A stretch of 64,000 nt of DNA from Scenedesmus sp. PABB004 (taxonomy: Eukaryota). Positions 12,145 to 24,110 of the stretch are shown here, piece after piece; the first letter of the stretch is position 1; each line of letters begins with the position of its first letter. The notes beneath the pieces are model-generated. The model was given only the letters and a program-made list of their open reading frames with translations, ran no database searches and was not told the DNA's origin. The position numbers and the translations under genes were made by a program. Location: NCBI GenBank assembly GCA_014905635.1, contig JABVCE010000019.1:186001-250000 (forward strand), given 5' to 3'.

Positions 12145-15118
12145 ATGGATGAGCCCTCGAGCCCCATGGCGGGCCTGCTGGGCTTCGGGACGCTCGCGGG
12201 CACGCCGCGGCCCGCCGACCCGGGCGCGCTGGGGGCGAGCGCGGCCATCGACGAGCAGGAGGCCATCGCGGCATGCCTGGAGGAGTGGCAGGCCTCCAGC
12301 CGGCGCGTCGTGAAGCGCAAGGAGCGCCAGGACCTGGCCACGCGGTGCGGCGGGCCGCGCGGCGCGCACGCACGCGCCGCCGGCGCCGCGCGCAACCGCC
12401 GCAGCCGCTGCTGCTCGGCCGGCCAGCCGCGCCGCGGGCGCGCGCCGCAGGCTGCTCTCCGTGGGCGAGCGGCCGGGGCAGGACTTCTTCCGGCAGCTGG
12501 CGAAGAAGCTGCAGGAGTACCAGGCGCGCGGCGCCGCCGCCAGCCAGGGCTGGCCGCACGCAGCCAGCGCGCGCCAGCGCCGCCCCCGCCGCCCGCGCCG
12601 CCCGCGCCGCCGCCTGGGAGGCCTGAACCGCCCTCCCGGAGCCGCTCCCGAGCTCAGCGGCGCCCGCCGCGGCCGCGCAGGTGGCCACGCCGAGCGTTCA
12701 GATCGAGTACAAGAACCTCACCGTCAAGACGCGCGCGGCGGTCGGCGGCGCGGGCATCCCCACCGCCGGCAACTTTGCGCCGCGCCTTGTCGCGGTGCGC
12801 GCCGCGCGCGCACGGGGGCGCGCCGCGGCGCCGCCGGGCGGCGAGCGAGCGCGCCCCGGCCGCGGCGGCGGGCTCACGCGCGCGCCCGCCGGTTCGCGCC
12901 ACACCCACAGGCGGCGCTGGGCGCGGGGCACCGCAACACCCAGGAGCTGACGGTGCTGGACGGCCTCAATGGCGTGCTCAAGCCGGTGCGCCGATGCCTC
13001 GGAGCTCAGCTCGGCTCGAGCTGAGCTGCGCGCATGGCAGCGGCTGAGGCAGCGGCTGAGGCAGCTGCGGCAGCAGCGTCGGTGGCCTCACGCCGCGCCG
13101 TCGCGCCGCGCCGCGCGCAGGGCCGCTGCACGCTGCTGCTGGGGCCGCCGGGCGCGGGCAAGACGACGCTGCTGCGCGTCCTCGGCAACCGCCTGCGCGG
13201 CTGCAGCCGCCTGCAGGCGCGCGGGCGCGCGCGCACACCCTCCGGCGCCACCCATGCGCCGCGCGCGCTCCGGGCCCCGCCCAGTTTAACAACACAAAAC
13301 AACACTCGCACCGCCGCGCTGCAATGCCGCCAGGTGAGCGGCGAGGTGCTGTACAACGGGCACACCAAGGACGACTTTGTGGTCGAGCGCACGACCGCGT
13401 TTGTCAACCAGGTGCGCGGCTCATCAGGGTTTGGGTCTCATCAGGGGTTTGGGTTCAGCGCTCGGAATGAACAAGCTGCCGCGGCATCACCGCGCCCCCG
13501 GTGGCATCGCCGCGCCCCCACCGCCGCGCAGCGGCCGCCGCCGGGCCCCGCGACCGTTGCATCAACCCGCGCCGCCGCGCCGCGCCGCAGCACGACGACC
13601 ACATCCCCAACCTCAGCGTCGGCGAGACGGTCAAGTTTGCGCACACCTGCCACCGCGGCTACAAGGACCCCGAGTTCAGCCTCAGCGGCGAGCTCGGCCG
13701 CGCCAAGGTGTGCGAGGACGGGAGGGACAGGGAGAGGCAGAGAGGGGGGGGGGTGAGAGGGAGTGGGCTCTGCCAACACGCCGCGTCGCGCGCCGACGTC
13801 GCCGCGCGCAGGCCAAGAGCGTCGCGGGCAGCGCCGCGGCGCTCGGCGGCGCGCCGTCGCGGCACTACGGCCGCGGCGGCAGCGGCGGCGCCTCGCTGCC
13901 GCCAGGTGGCGGCCGGGCCGCGTCGGGCGGCGAGGGCGGCGAGGCGGTGGAGCGGCTGATGGTGATGGATGAGATTGAGCGGCTCATCACCGAGGCCTGG
14001 GGCACGGGGGTCAAGACCGAGGTCGTGCTGCGCCTGCTGGGCCTCGGGCACTGCAGGTGCGGCGGCGGCGCCAGCTGGCGCGCGGCCGCGCGGCCCGGGG
14101 CTCTGCAAAAGAAGCTGCGGGGGACGCGCCGCCCGCTGAGCCTTGGCTCCCGCGGGTGCATGCACGCCACCGGCCACCAGGGACACGCTCGTGGGCGACG
14201 GCGGGCTGATGCTGCGCGGCATCAGCGGCGGCGAGCGCAAGCGGCTCACCACGGCGGAGATGGTCGTCGGCCCGCAGCGCGTGCTGCTCATGGATGAAAT
14301 CAGGTGGGCCTTGAGACTCAGCAGGGTTTAGGGTTCAGGGTTTTGGTTGATCAGGTGGGGCTCCGAGCCTCAGCAGTGCACGGCAGAGGGACAAGAAAGG
14401 GTGCTGCTGGTTGCCGGCGGCCTCACGCTGCCGCCCTGAAACCCTCGCAGCACGGGGCTCGACTCGGCCACGCTGCACAGCGTCATCTCCTTCTTCACCT
14501 CGGTGCGGCCTCAAGCCTCAAACCCTGACCCTGCCAGGGTCCTATGACAGCCGGGCCTTGACGGACAGCTGGCAGCGTTGACCAGCAGCGACACACCTCT
14601 CGAGTCCGCCGCGCCCCGCTGACGCGCGGCCCGCGCGCCGCCGCCGCCGCCGCCCCGCCGCATCCGCCGCGCCGGCAGATGTCGCATGCGCTCAACCTCA
14701 CGACGCTCGTGAGCCTGCTGCAGCCGCCGCCCGAGGTGTTTGGCCTCTTTGACGATCTCCTGCTCCTCGCCGGCGGGCGCCTGATCTACCACGGTCCCCT
14801 CTCCGGCGCGCTGCCGCACTTCCGGGGGCTCGGCTTTGCCTGCCCCGTGCGCAAGGACGTCGCGTCGTTCCTGCTCGAGCTGACCACGCCCGCGGGTGCG
14901 GACCGCGCGCGCGCAGGGGCGGGGGGGGGGGGGCGGCGGCGGCGGGCGGGGGGGGGGGGGCGCGATGTGTGCGCCCCGGGCCCTCCCTCAGGCTGGGCTC
15001 GGAGCCGCGCGTGCCGTCGCGCGTGCGGCCCTCGAGACGCACCGCCGCCCGCCCGCCCGCCCGCCCGCCCGCCGCGCAGGCCAGCTGGAGTACGCCACGC
15101 CTGTGCTCGCGCACGCGC

Positions 15119-15162
<44 letters not shown>

Positions 15163-18100
15163 ATGCTCCTGAGCCTCGACGACATGGCGGCCGCGTTCTG
15201 GAGCGACAGCGCCGCGGGTGAGCGGCTTTAGGTCTAGGGTTGTTCATTTTGCTTCAGCGCCACAGGCGCCGTGGCCCTGCAGCCGCCGGGCGCCGACACC
15301 CCCGGCCCGCGCGCGCCGTGCCGCGCAGGCACCGCAATGCTGGCGCAGCTGCAGGAGCCGTTTGACCCCGCCGCGTCGCACCCGGCGGCGCTCGAGACGC
15401 GGCGGTACGCTCTCAACCCGCTACAGGTGCGTGGAACCTGGGCTGACTCGCGCCGTCACGTCGTTGCTTGCTTGTTATTGTTGTTTCTGCAGCAGGCTGG
15501 GGGCGGAGCGGCCGTGCGCCGCCGTGAATCAGGGCGGCGCCGCACCCCCGCTCGCGCGCGCGCCCGCAGGCCATCGCCGTGGCGACGCGGCGGCAGGTCA
15601 AGCTGGTGTGGCGGGACAAGGTGCTGCTGCGCGGCCGCATGCTGCAGGTGCGGGGGCGTGTGCGCGCCGCGCGGGCCGCGCGCGGGGGGCACGCAGGCGC
15701 TGCTGCGCGCAGCGCTGCGGGCGGGGGCCGCGGCGCACCCCCCGCGCGAGCGCCGCTCCGGCCGCGGCGGCGCCGACGCCGCTGGCGCTGCTGCGCCCCG
15801 CCGCTGGCGCCAGATCATCGCGGTGTCGCTCATGGTCGGCAGTCTCTTCTTCCGGCTCGGCCACGGCGTCAGCGACGCGCGCAGGTGCGCTGACCGCGCG
15901 CCGCGCCGGCGGCCCGCGCTGACCGCGCCTGCCGGCGGCCCGTGCACCCCATCCACCCACGCCAACCCGTCCACCCGCCCGCCTGCCCGCCTTCCGCCCC
16001 CGCGCCTGCCCAGCTTCTACGGCGCGGCCTTCATGGTCATCCTCTTCATGTCCATGGGCAGCATGCCGCAGGTGCGTTGTTGTTTTTACTGATATTGTTG
16101 TTATTGTTGTTATTACGAGTCAGCGGTCAACATCCCCAAGCCCTCCTAAGCCCTGTTGCACCCTCACAAAACCCTCACAAAGCCCCGCCGCCGCGCGCGC
16201 GGCGCGCCGCAGATCGGCGTCGTGCTCGCGCAGAAGGGCGTGAGCATGAAGCACCGCGACAGCCTGCTCTACCCCGGTTACGCCCACGGCGCGGTGCGGC
16301 GACGGCGGCCGTTACTTTTTGTGTTGTTTTGGTTACGTTTGTGTTATTTTGGTCACTCTGCTTGCCCGGCGCCGCCGCCCGCGCCGCCCACGCCCGCACG
16401 CGCACGCACGGGCGCCCCTCGTCCGCCCACCCACGCACCCGCACACCCGCACCCGCGCCCGCGCCGCAGGCGATGGCGCTGAGCCAGCTCCCCGTGAGCG
16501 TGCTCGAGGCGAGCCTCTTCGCGCTCGTGATATACCCCATGGTCGGCTTCGCCCCGGGCGCGTCCTGCTTCGCCGTGTTCTGGCTCGTCGTCGTCGCGGC
16601 CAACCTGTCGCTCACGTCGCTGTTCCGGCTGCTCGCGGTGCTCGCGCCAAACCCCACGCTCGCGGCCGCGTACGGCGGGCTCGCGCTGCTGCTGCTCATC
16701 CTCACCAGCGGCTTCGCGATCGTGCGCGGTGGGTTGTTACTATACTTGTTATACTTGTCAAAGCCGCGCCGCCGCGGCGCGCCGCCGCAGCCGCTCCCGC
16801 TGGCTGGGGCCGCGTGCCCGGGCGGGCCGCGCGGCCGTCGCGCGCACCCACGGCGCACGCCGCCCCTGCCGCCGCGTGCCCCCAGGGAGCATCCCCCTTT
16901 ACTGGATCTGGTCCTACTACTCCAGCCCGGTGCGCTCCCTACAAGCCCTTAACCCTAAAACCGCACCTGGGCAGGGCTCAGGGCTCAGCGCATGCAGGGC
17001 GCAGCAGTGCCGGGCCGCCGAGCTCGCCCCGCCCCCACCAAACCTCACCCCCCTGGCTCGCGCCCCTGCGCTCGCCTCACCCCCGCCCCCTGCCTCACGC
17101 CGCGCCTGCCTCGCGCCCGCAGTTTGCGTACGCGCTGCGCGCGCTGGTGATCAACGAGTTCACGTCCCCCGCCTGGGCGGGGCGCGTCGTCGGCGTGCCC
17201 GGCGCGGCCACGCTCGGCGAGGCGGCGCTGGTCAGCTTTGACTTTGCGACGGACGTCAAGTGGATCCCCATCGGCATCGCCTTCCTGTGAGTCTGTGTGT
17301 TTGTACAGACAGTGTGTTTGGAGCTGTGCGAAGCTGCTTTGACTCTGCGCCCGCCAACGCCCTTTGCCTGGGTTTTGGCGCAGCGTTTGGCTGCGTTTGG
17401 GCGCTTGCGATGAGCGCGCGCACTTTGCGCCTGGCTGTGGGGCGCGCCTCTGCTGACCCCGCCGACCCCGCTGACCCCGCTGACCCCGCTGACCCCGCCG
17501 CCCCCGCTGGCCCAGGTTTGGGTCGTACCTGCTGCTCAGCGTGGCCACGTGCGTCGCGCTCGACTGGGTCACCGGCCCGCAGCGCACCGCGACTGTGCCG
17601 GACGCGAAGCAGCTGGAGCTCGTGCGCGGCGCGGCCGAGGCGCGGCGCGCCGAGGCGGCCGCGCAGCTCGCGCGCCGCGGCACCGGCGGCGGCACGGCCG
17701 GGTGGCTGCGCGGCGGCGGCACGAGTGGCGGCGGCGGGCTGCGCAGCAGCGGCGGCGGCTACGGGCTCAGCCTCGGGCGGCTCGCGCGCGCGCGGCACGG
17801 CGCAAGCGCCGGCGGCGGCGGCGGCGCGCCGTGCCCCGCCGGCGCCGCCCTCGTTGGCGACTGCGGCGACCACCAGCAGGTGCGGCCGGTGCGCCCGGCA
17901 CGTGCCGCCACACTTGCTGCCTGCGCCGCCCCCGCTCACACCACCTCCCCCTCCCACGCACGCCGACCCCTGCCCCCGCCGCGCGCGCAGCACCACCACG
18001 CGGAGCAGCAGGGCGGCTCGGCGCTGTCGCCCAAGGCCGTGCGCATCACGCTTGGCGGCGCGCTCGACTTCACGCCCGTCACGCTCGTGTTCCAGAACCT

Positions 18101-21100
18101 GCGGTGCGCCGCGGGGCGCGCGGTTTAGGCTCTGCGGCCCCTAAACCCCACCGCGGCGCCGCGCAGCTCGCTCGCTCCCCGCAGCTCCCGCCCCCGGCCC
18201 GGCCGGCGGCCCGCTGCGCGCCGTGCCCCCCCCCCCCCCTGCCCCCCGGGTCCCAAACCACCAAAGCCCTCACGCCTGAACCGCCCCCGCCCCCCCCCCC
18301 CAAAAACCCTCTCGCAGATACTTTGTGCCAAACCCCGCTTACAAGCCCCGCACCTGGTGGGCGCGCGCCGGCGCGGCGCTCGGCCGCGCCGGCGGCGGCG
18401 GCGCGCCGCCCGCGATCGACCCGGGCATGTCTGCCGACGCCATCATGGCGGCCGGCGGCGGCGGCGGGGGCGACAAGGACGTGGACGGCGGCTGGGGCGC
18501 GCCGCCGTGCCACGGCTCGGCTGGGTCGGCGGCGGCGGCGCAGCCGCGCGAGCTGGAGCTGCTCAAGGGCGTGAGCGGCTTTGCCGCGCCGGGGAAGCTG
18601 GTCGCGCTCATGGGCGGCAGCGGCGCGGGTGCGCACGGGCGACCGCCTGGGGCTCAGGGCTTAGGGTTCAGGGGTCCGGAGGGGTTCAGAGTTTGGTGTC
18701 TCCGAGGGCCCGGGACGAGCGGCGGCGGTTGGCCCGGGCGCCCGCGCCGCGCGCGCGCCACGCGCGCCCTCCGACCCTAAACCCTTGCCCTGCTGGCTCG
18801 ACCCTTAAACCCTTAGGCAAGACCACGCTGCTGGACGTCATCTGCGGCCGCAAGACCGTCGGCCGCGTGAGCGGCGCGCTGCTGGTCAACGGCGCGCCGC
18901 TGCGCCAGGCGGCGTGGAGCCGCGTCGTCGGCTACGTCGAGCAGGCGCGGCGCGGCGGGGCTCATACAAACGGGGCTCGGGGACGGCGCCGCGCCGCAGC
19001 CAGGCGGGGGCACGCGCTGCTCAAAACCCCAAACACCCTGCTGGCCCCTGACCCCGCCCCGCCCCCGCCGCCGGCAATGCCACCGCAGATGGACGTGCAC
19101 ACCTCGGCCCAGACCGTGATTGAGGCCCTCTGGTTCAGCGGCCGGCTGCGCCTCGGGCCGGAGGTCTCCGACCTGCAGGCGCGCCGCCCAGCGCCGCCCA
19201 GCGCCGCCCAGGGCCGCCGCTCGGGCTCCGCCCGCCCCTGCCTCAACCTGCCCGCACTGTGTGTTAACAACAATGTCGCTGTCCTTCACCCGGCCCGCCC
19301 CGCCCCTAAACCCTAAACCCTGAACCCCAACCCCGCCAGGTGCGCGCGTACGTCGAGGCGGTGATCGACACCGTCGACCTCACCGACCTCTCCTTCTCCC
19401 TCGTCGGCGTGCCGGGCGGGCCCGGCGGGCTCACCACGGAGCAGCTCAAGCGGCTCACCATCGCGGTCGAGGTGCGGCGCCTGTGTGTGTGTGTGTGTGT
19501 GTGTGTGAGCGTGTGTGTCGGCGGCGCCGCGCCCATGCCCACGCCCGCGCGGCGCCTCGGCCCTGAGCCCTGAGCCCTCGCACGCCCCGCCCGACGCCCC
19601 GCCACGCCCGCGCCCCCCGTCCCCAGCTGGTGGCCAACCCCAGTGTGGTCTTCATGGACGAGCCCACCTCGGGTGCGCGCGCTGCGCACGCTGCGCGACG
19701 CGGCAGCACGCAGCAGCGCGTGGTAGCGCCGCCGGCTGGTCACCGGGCCCTCGGGCGGCGCCCTGCGCGTCTCACCGCGCCCGCGCGTCTCACCGCGCCC
19801 GCGCGGCCGCCGCCGCAGGCCTCGACGCGCGCGCGGCGGCGATCGTGATGCGCGCGGTGCGCAACGTCGCGCTGAGCGGCCGCACCGTCATGGTCACCAT
19901 CCACCAGCCCTCCATCGAGATCTTCGAGGCCTTTGACACGCTGCTGCTCCTCCAGGCACGCGCGCGGGGCCGCCGCACCGGGGCGCGGGGCGCGGCGCAG
20001 CTACAGGGCCGGAGCGCCCCTGGTCAGCGCACTCGCCGGTCGCTCGCAGCCCTCCCAGCCCGTGAGCTCACTCACGCCGCCCCGCCGCCGCACGCCGCCG
20101 CGCGCCGCCCGCCCCACCTCTGCCGCGCGCCGCCCCTCGCCGTCCGTCGTCGCCCCGCGCAGCGCGGCGGGCGGACGACCTACTTTGGCCCGCTGGGCCA
20201 CGAGAGCAGCGAGCTGATCGCTTACCTCTCAGCCGTCCCGGGTGGGGCCCGGGGGTTAAGCGGGGCCTGGTTGTTGCGGTTTAAGCAGCGCCCGCAGCGG
20301 TTTCAGTTCGGGGCTGCAGCGGGACGCGCGCCGGCGCGCCGGCGGCCGCCCCAAGAGCGTTCTGAGCCGCGCTGCACCCTGCCCCGCGCAGGCACGGCGC
20401 GCATCGCGCCGGGGCAGAACCCCGCGACCTGGATGCTCGAGGTCACCGGCGGCAGCATGGCCGTCGTCGCGCCCGCCAACGGCGGCGCCGACTGGCCCGC
20501 GATTTACGCGCGCAGCGCGCTCGCCGCGGCCAACGCGCGCGCGGCCGAGGCGCTGCTCGCAGACGCGCGGCGCGCGGGCGGCGGGCGCGGCGCGGGGCTG
20601 CGCGTGTCGAGCACCTACGCGCAGCCCTTCTCCATCCAGGCGCGCCGCACAGCGCGGGGCTACGCAGCGCAGCGCAGCGCAGCGCCCTGCGCCGCGGAGC
20701 AGTGCCTCGGGGCCCCCTGCCATGCCCCTGGCGGCCGCCTCCTCTCAATGCTGATGCCGCCGCATCCGCCGACCCCCCCCCCCCCCCCCCCACCACCACC
20801 ACCGCCGCCGCCGCCGTCGCCGCCACAATGACGCCCACAATAACATCAACATAACAACATAACACCAACATAACACCACCAGGTCCGCGAGCTGCTGCTC
20901 AAGTACTGGCTCGTCTACTGGCGCACGCCCGCCTACACGCTCGCGCGCTGCGCGCTCACGCTCTTCGTGGCCTTTGTCTACGGCTCCATGTGAGCCGCCG
21001 CGGGGCTCCAGCGGCTGGGGTTTAGGGCAGCACCCTCTCCAGGGTTTTGCGGGCCGCCCCGGGGGGTGTGCGGGCTGATTTCTGGGGGCTTCCGAGGGCG

Positions 21101-21414
21101 CGCCGAGAGGGCGCTCCGGCCCTGCGCCCCCGCCGCCCACCGCCCGCCCACACCGCGCCCGCCGCCCGGCGCCCGCGCCGCCCGCGCCCGCCCAGGTACT
21201 TTGGCCAAGGCCGGCTGCCGCTGCCGACGGCGAGCATGGGGAGCGTGCAGAACGTGATGGGCATCATGTTCAGCAGCACCAACTTCCTGGGCATGACCAA
21301 CCTCATGGCCGTCATGCCGCTCGTCGGTGCGGCGGGCGGGGCGCGGGGCGCGTTACGCTGGGGTGTTATTTTGTTGTCATGTGACAACACGTGTTTTTGG
21401 TTGCCGCCAGGCAC

Positions 21415-21491
<77 letters not shown>

Positions 21492-23072
21492 TCACTCACC
21501 CACACCCCCCCCCCCCGACACACACCAAACCCTGACGCGCGTCCACCCGCCCGCCCGCCCGCCCGCCCGGCAGGCATGGAGCGCGTCGTGTTTTACCGCG
21601 AGCGCGGCGCGCTGCCGTACGACCCGTTCGCCTACGGCGTGGCCATCGCGCTCGTGGAGATCCCCTACCTCCTCATCCAGGTGGGCCCCGGGGTTTTGGT
21701 GTGGGGCGTGCCAGGGTTTAGGGGGCGCCCGGGGGCTGTGGGTTTTTGGTGGGTCGCGCGCGGGGCTGGCTTGTGGAGGCGCGGCTCGGGCTGGCGCGCG
21801 GCGCGGCCGCGAGCCTCCTCCCCCCTCCTTCCCCACCCACGTGGCTCGCACACACTCACACACACGCACACAACCCCCCCCCCCACCTCACACACACACA
21901 CCTCACACGCCACACACGCACGCGCAGGCGCTGCTGTTTGTGCCCGTCATCTACGCCATGGTCGGCTTCGCGCCCACGGTGACGCCCGCGCCGCAGCAGC
22001 ACCGCTCCGACTCCGCCGCGCCGCGCTGCGCCGCGCCCGGCCAACCCTCGACACCACGCGTCGACCGCAACTCACACAATAACGCTCGCCCGCCCCGCCC
22101 CGCCCCTCTCTCTCCCTCTCGTTTCTCTGCCCCCCCCCACTCTCCCTCTCTTGCCCCTCCCTCTCTCTTGCCCCTCCCTCTCCCGACCGCCCTCTCTCTC
22201 TCTGCCCCTCTTTCACTAATGCCAGGCTGAGAAGGTGCTGTACTACTTTATGATGTTCCTGGCCAACATCTCCTTCTACACCATACTCGGGCAGTTCATG
22301 GTCTACATCACGCCCAACCAGCAGATCGCGCAGGCGCGCGCCTCGCGCGCGCACGCGCGGGGCCGCGGGCGGGGCGCCGAGGGGGGGGGGGGCGCCGAGG
22401 GGAGGCACACAGGGGGGGCGATCGGCCCCGCCTCCCGCCCCTCCCTCCACCCCCCGCCTCGCTCTCACCTCTGCCAAAACCTCCCTGCCGCATGACTTCC
22501 CGCCAAACCTCCCGCCAAACTTCTTCTCGCCAAACTTCTCACCAAAAGGTCGTGGGGTCTGGGCTGAACTTCATGTTCAACATCTTCAACGGCTTTGTCA
22601 TCGCCTACCCCGCGATGCCGACCTACTGGCGCTGGCTCAACCGCGCGGTGCCCACGACCTGGGTGCTCTACGGCCTCGGCGTGAGCCAGCTCGGCGACGT
22701 GACGGACCACCTCGTCGCGTTTGGCGGCCGCCGCGTGCCCGTCGCGGCGTTCACAAAGTGCGCGGCGCGCGCGGGCGCGCCGCGGCGCGCCGCGCCCCTC
22801 CTCCGCGGATGCGCACGCATCCCGCGCCCGCGGATGCACATTCAATGCACACACACCCCGCCGCGCCGCCGACCACCGACCATCGCCCCCCGCCCCGCCG
22901 CCGCCCCCGCCGCGCGCACACGCACACAAACACACACACACCGCGCAGGGCGCTGTTTGGGTTTGACTACGACATGCGCTGGTGGTGCCTGCTCATCGTG
23001 CTGGGCTGCGTCGTGTTCTTCCGGGTCACCTCGATCCTCGCGCTCAAGTACATCAACTTCCTGCGCCGCTAA
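12145..23072 (+). CDS. Full-size ABCG (pleiotropic drug resistance, PDR) transporter, NBD-TMD-NBD-TMD, many exons
   Basis: NBD1: [51 protein letters not shown]2: [67 protein letters not shown]. Ends [13 protein letters not shown]. Confidence 0.95.
19303..19332 (+). repeat. Interstitial telomere-like repeat (CCCTAAA)2 plus degenerate copies, intronic
   Basis: ccctaaaccctaaaccctgaacccc just upstream of the acceptor AG at 19338-19339. Confidence 0.8.
21421..21488 (+). repeat. (CA)n microsatellite in an ABCG intron
   Basis: Uninterrupted CA dinucleotide run. Confidence 0.95.
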
Positions 23073-23912
23073 ACCCCACCCGCGGTTTTGCGGCTGCGGG
23101 CGGGCGCCAAACCCCAGGGGCCGCGCCCGCCGGCGGCGCGCGCGGCCGCCGGGGGCGGCCGGGCCGCGGCGCGCGCGGGAGGCCAGGCAGGGCGCGCCGG
23201 CGCTCGCCGCGCGCGGGCGGGCGCGGGGGGCTCAGGGTTTAGGGGTGGCAGGGCCGGGGTCCGAGCGCCAGGGGCGTTGCGGCAGCTCAGGGCCGGCAGG
23301 GCCGTGCGGCGGCGCGGCGCCGCGGGCAGGCGTGGGGGGCGAGGGCGGCGGGGGCTAGGGGGCCGCTAGGGGCGGCCGGGCGCCGCGAGGCGCAGGCCTT
23401 GCTGCTGCAGGGTGGCGATTGATTCATTCCCCTGGGCTCCCAGCACCGCGCACTGCATTCCTGCTGCCGCTGCGGCTTCCTGCGGCGGCGCCAGGCTCGC
23501 CGGGGCGGCTGCGTTGGGGCGAGGGCAGGCCTAGGCCGGCGGCGGGCAGCGAGCCGTGTGCGAGGCGGCGCGCGGGTGCCGGGACGGGCGGGCACCTGAG
23601 CGAGCACGCGCTGCAACACACGGCGCCGCCAGGACGCGATCATCACTTGCGACGCCGGCGGCGGCGCGAGCGGCCGCGCTGTCCGCGTCAGCCACCCGGC
23701 GCAGGCGGCGGCGTGCGCCGCGTGTTGTCCCGCGTCGCGCCAACAAAACCGCCCGCTCGAGCCTTGCTGACGGCGACGGCAGCAGGCCCCTGCCGCCACT
23801 CCCGGCGCGCCGTCAGCGCCGCCGCCGCAGCCCGAGAGCGCCCACGCAGCCCCGGCGCCGCGCCCGCGCGCCGTCCGCTGCCGCTGCTCCCGCCGCTGCC
23901 GCCGCCGGCGCC

Positions 23913-24110
23913 ATGGCGGTCGACCCGCTGATCAAGCGCATCGTGGAGGCGCCGGGCGTCAAGGGCGTGCCCCCCAGCGGCCTCCGGCTGCTCAGCGTGC
24001 TCGGCTTTGTGGGCTTCGTGGGCAGCGTGATCTACGCCAAGCACGTCGCGCCGCTGGCCATCGAGGAGCGCATCAAGAAGGAGATGTTCACCGGCTCGGG
24101 CGGCCACTGA
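23913..24110 (+). CDS. 65-aa single-exon protein with one predicted transmembrane helix, function unknown
   Basis: gccATGg start context. MAVDPLIKRIVEAPGVKGVPPSGLRLLSVLGFVGFVGSVIYAKHVAPLAIEERIKKEMFTGSGGH has coding-like codon use (AAG, GAG, ATC) in a low-complexity background and a central hydrophobic stretch. Confidence 0.7.
   Translation: MAVDPLIKRIVEAPGVKGVPPSGLRLLSVLGFVGFVGSVIYAKHVAPLAIEERIKKEMFTGSGGH

Noticed and set aside
19303..19332. Telomere-like repeats as a chromosome end or fusion scar
   Set aside because: Only two or three units, scattered in both orientations inside introns of intact genes.
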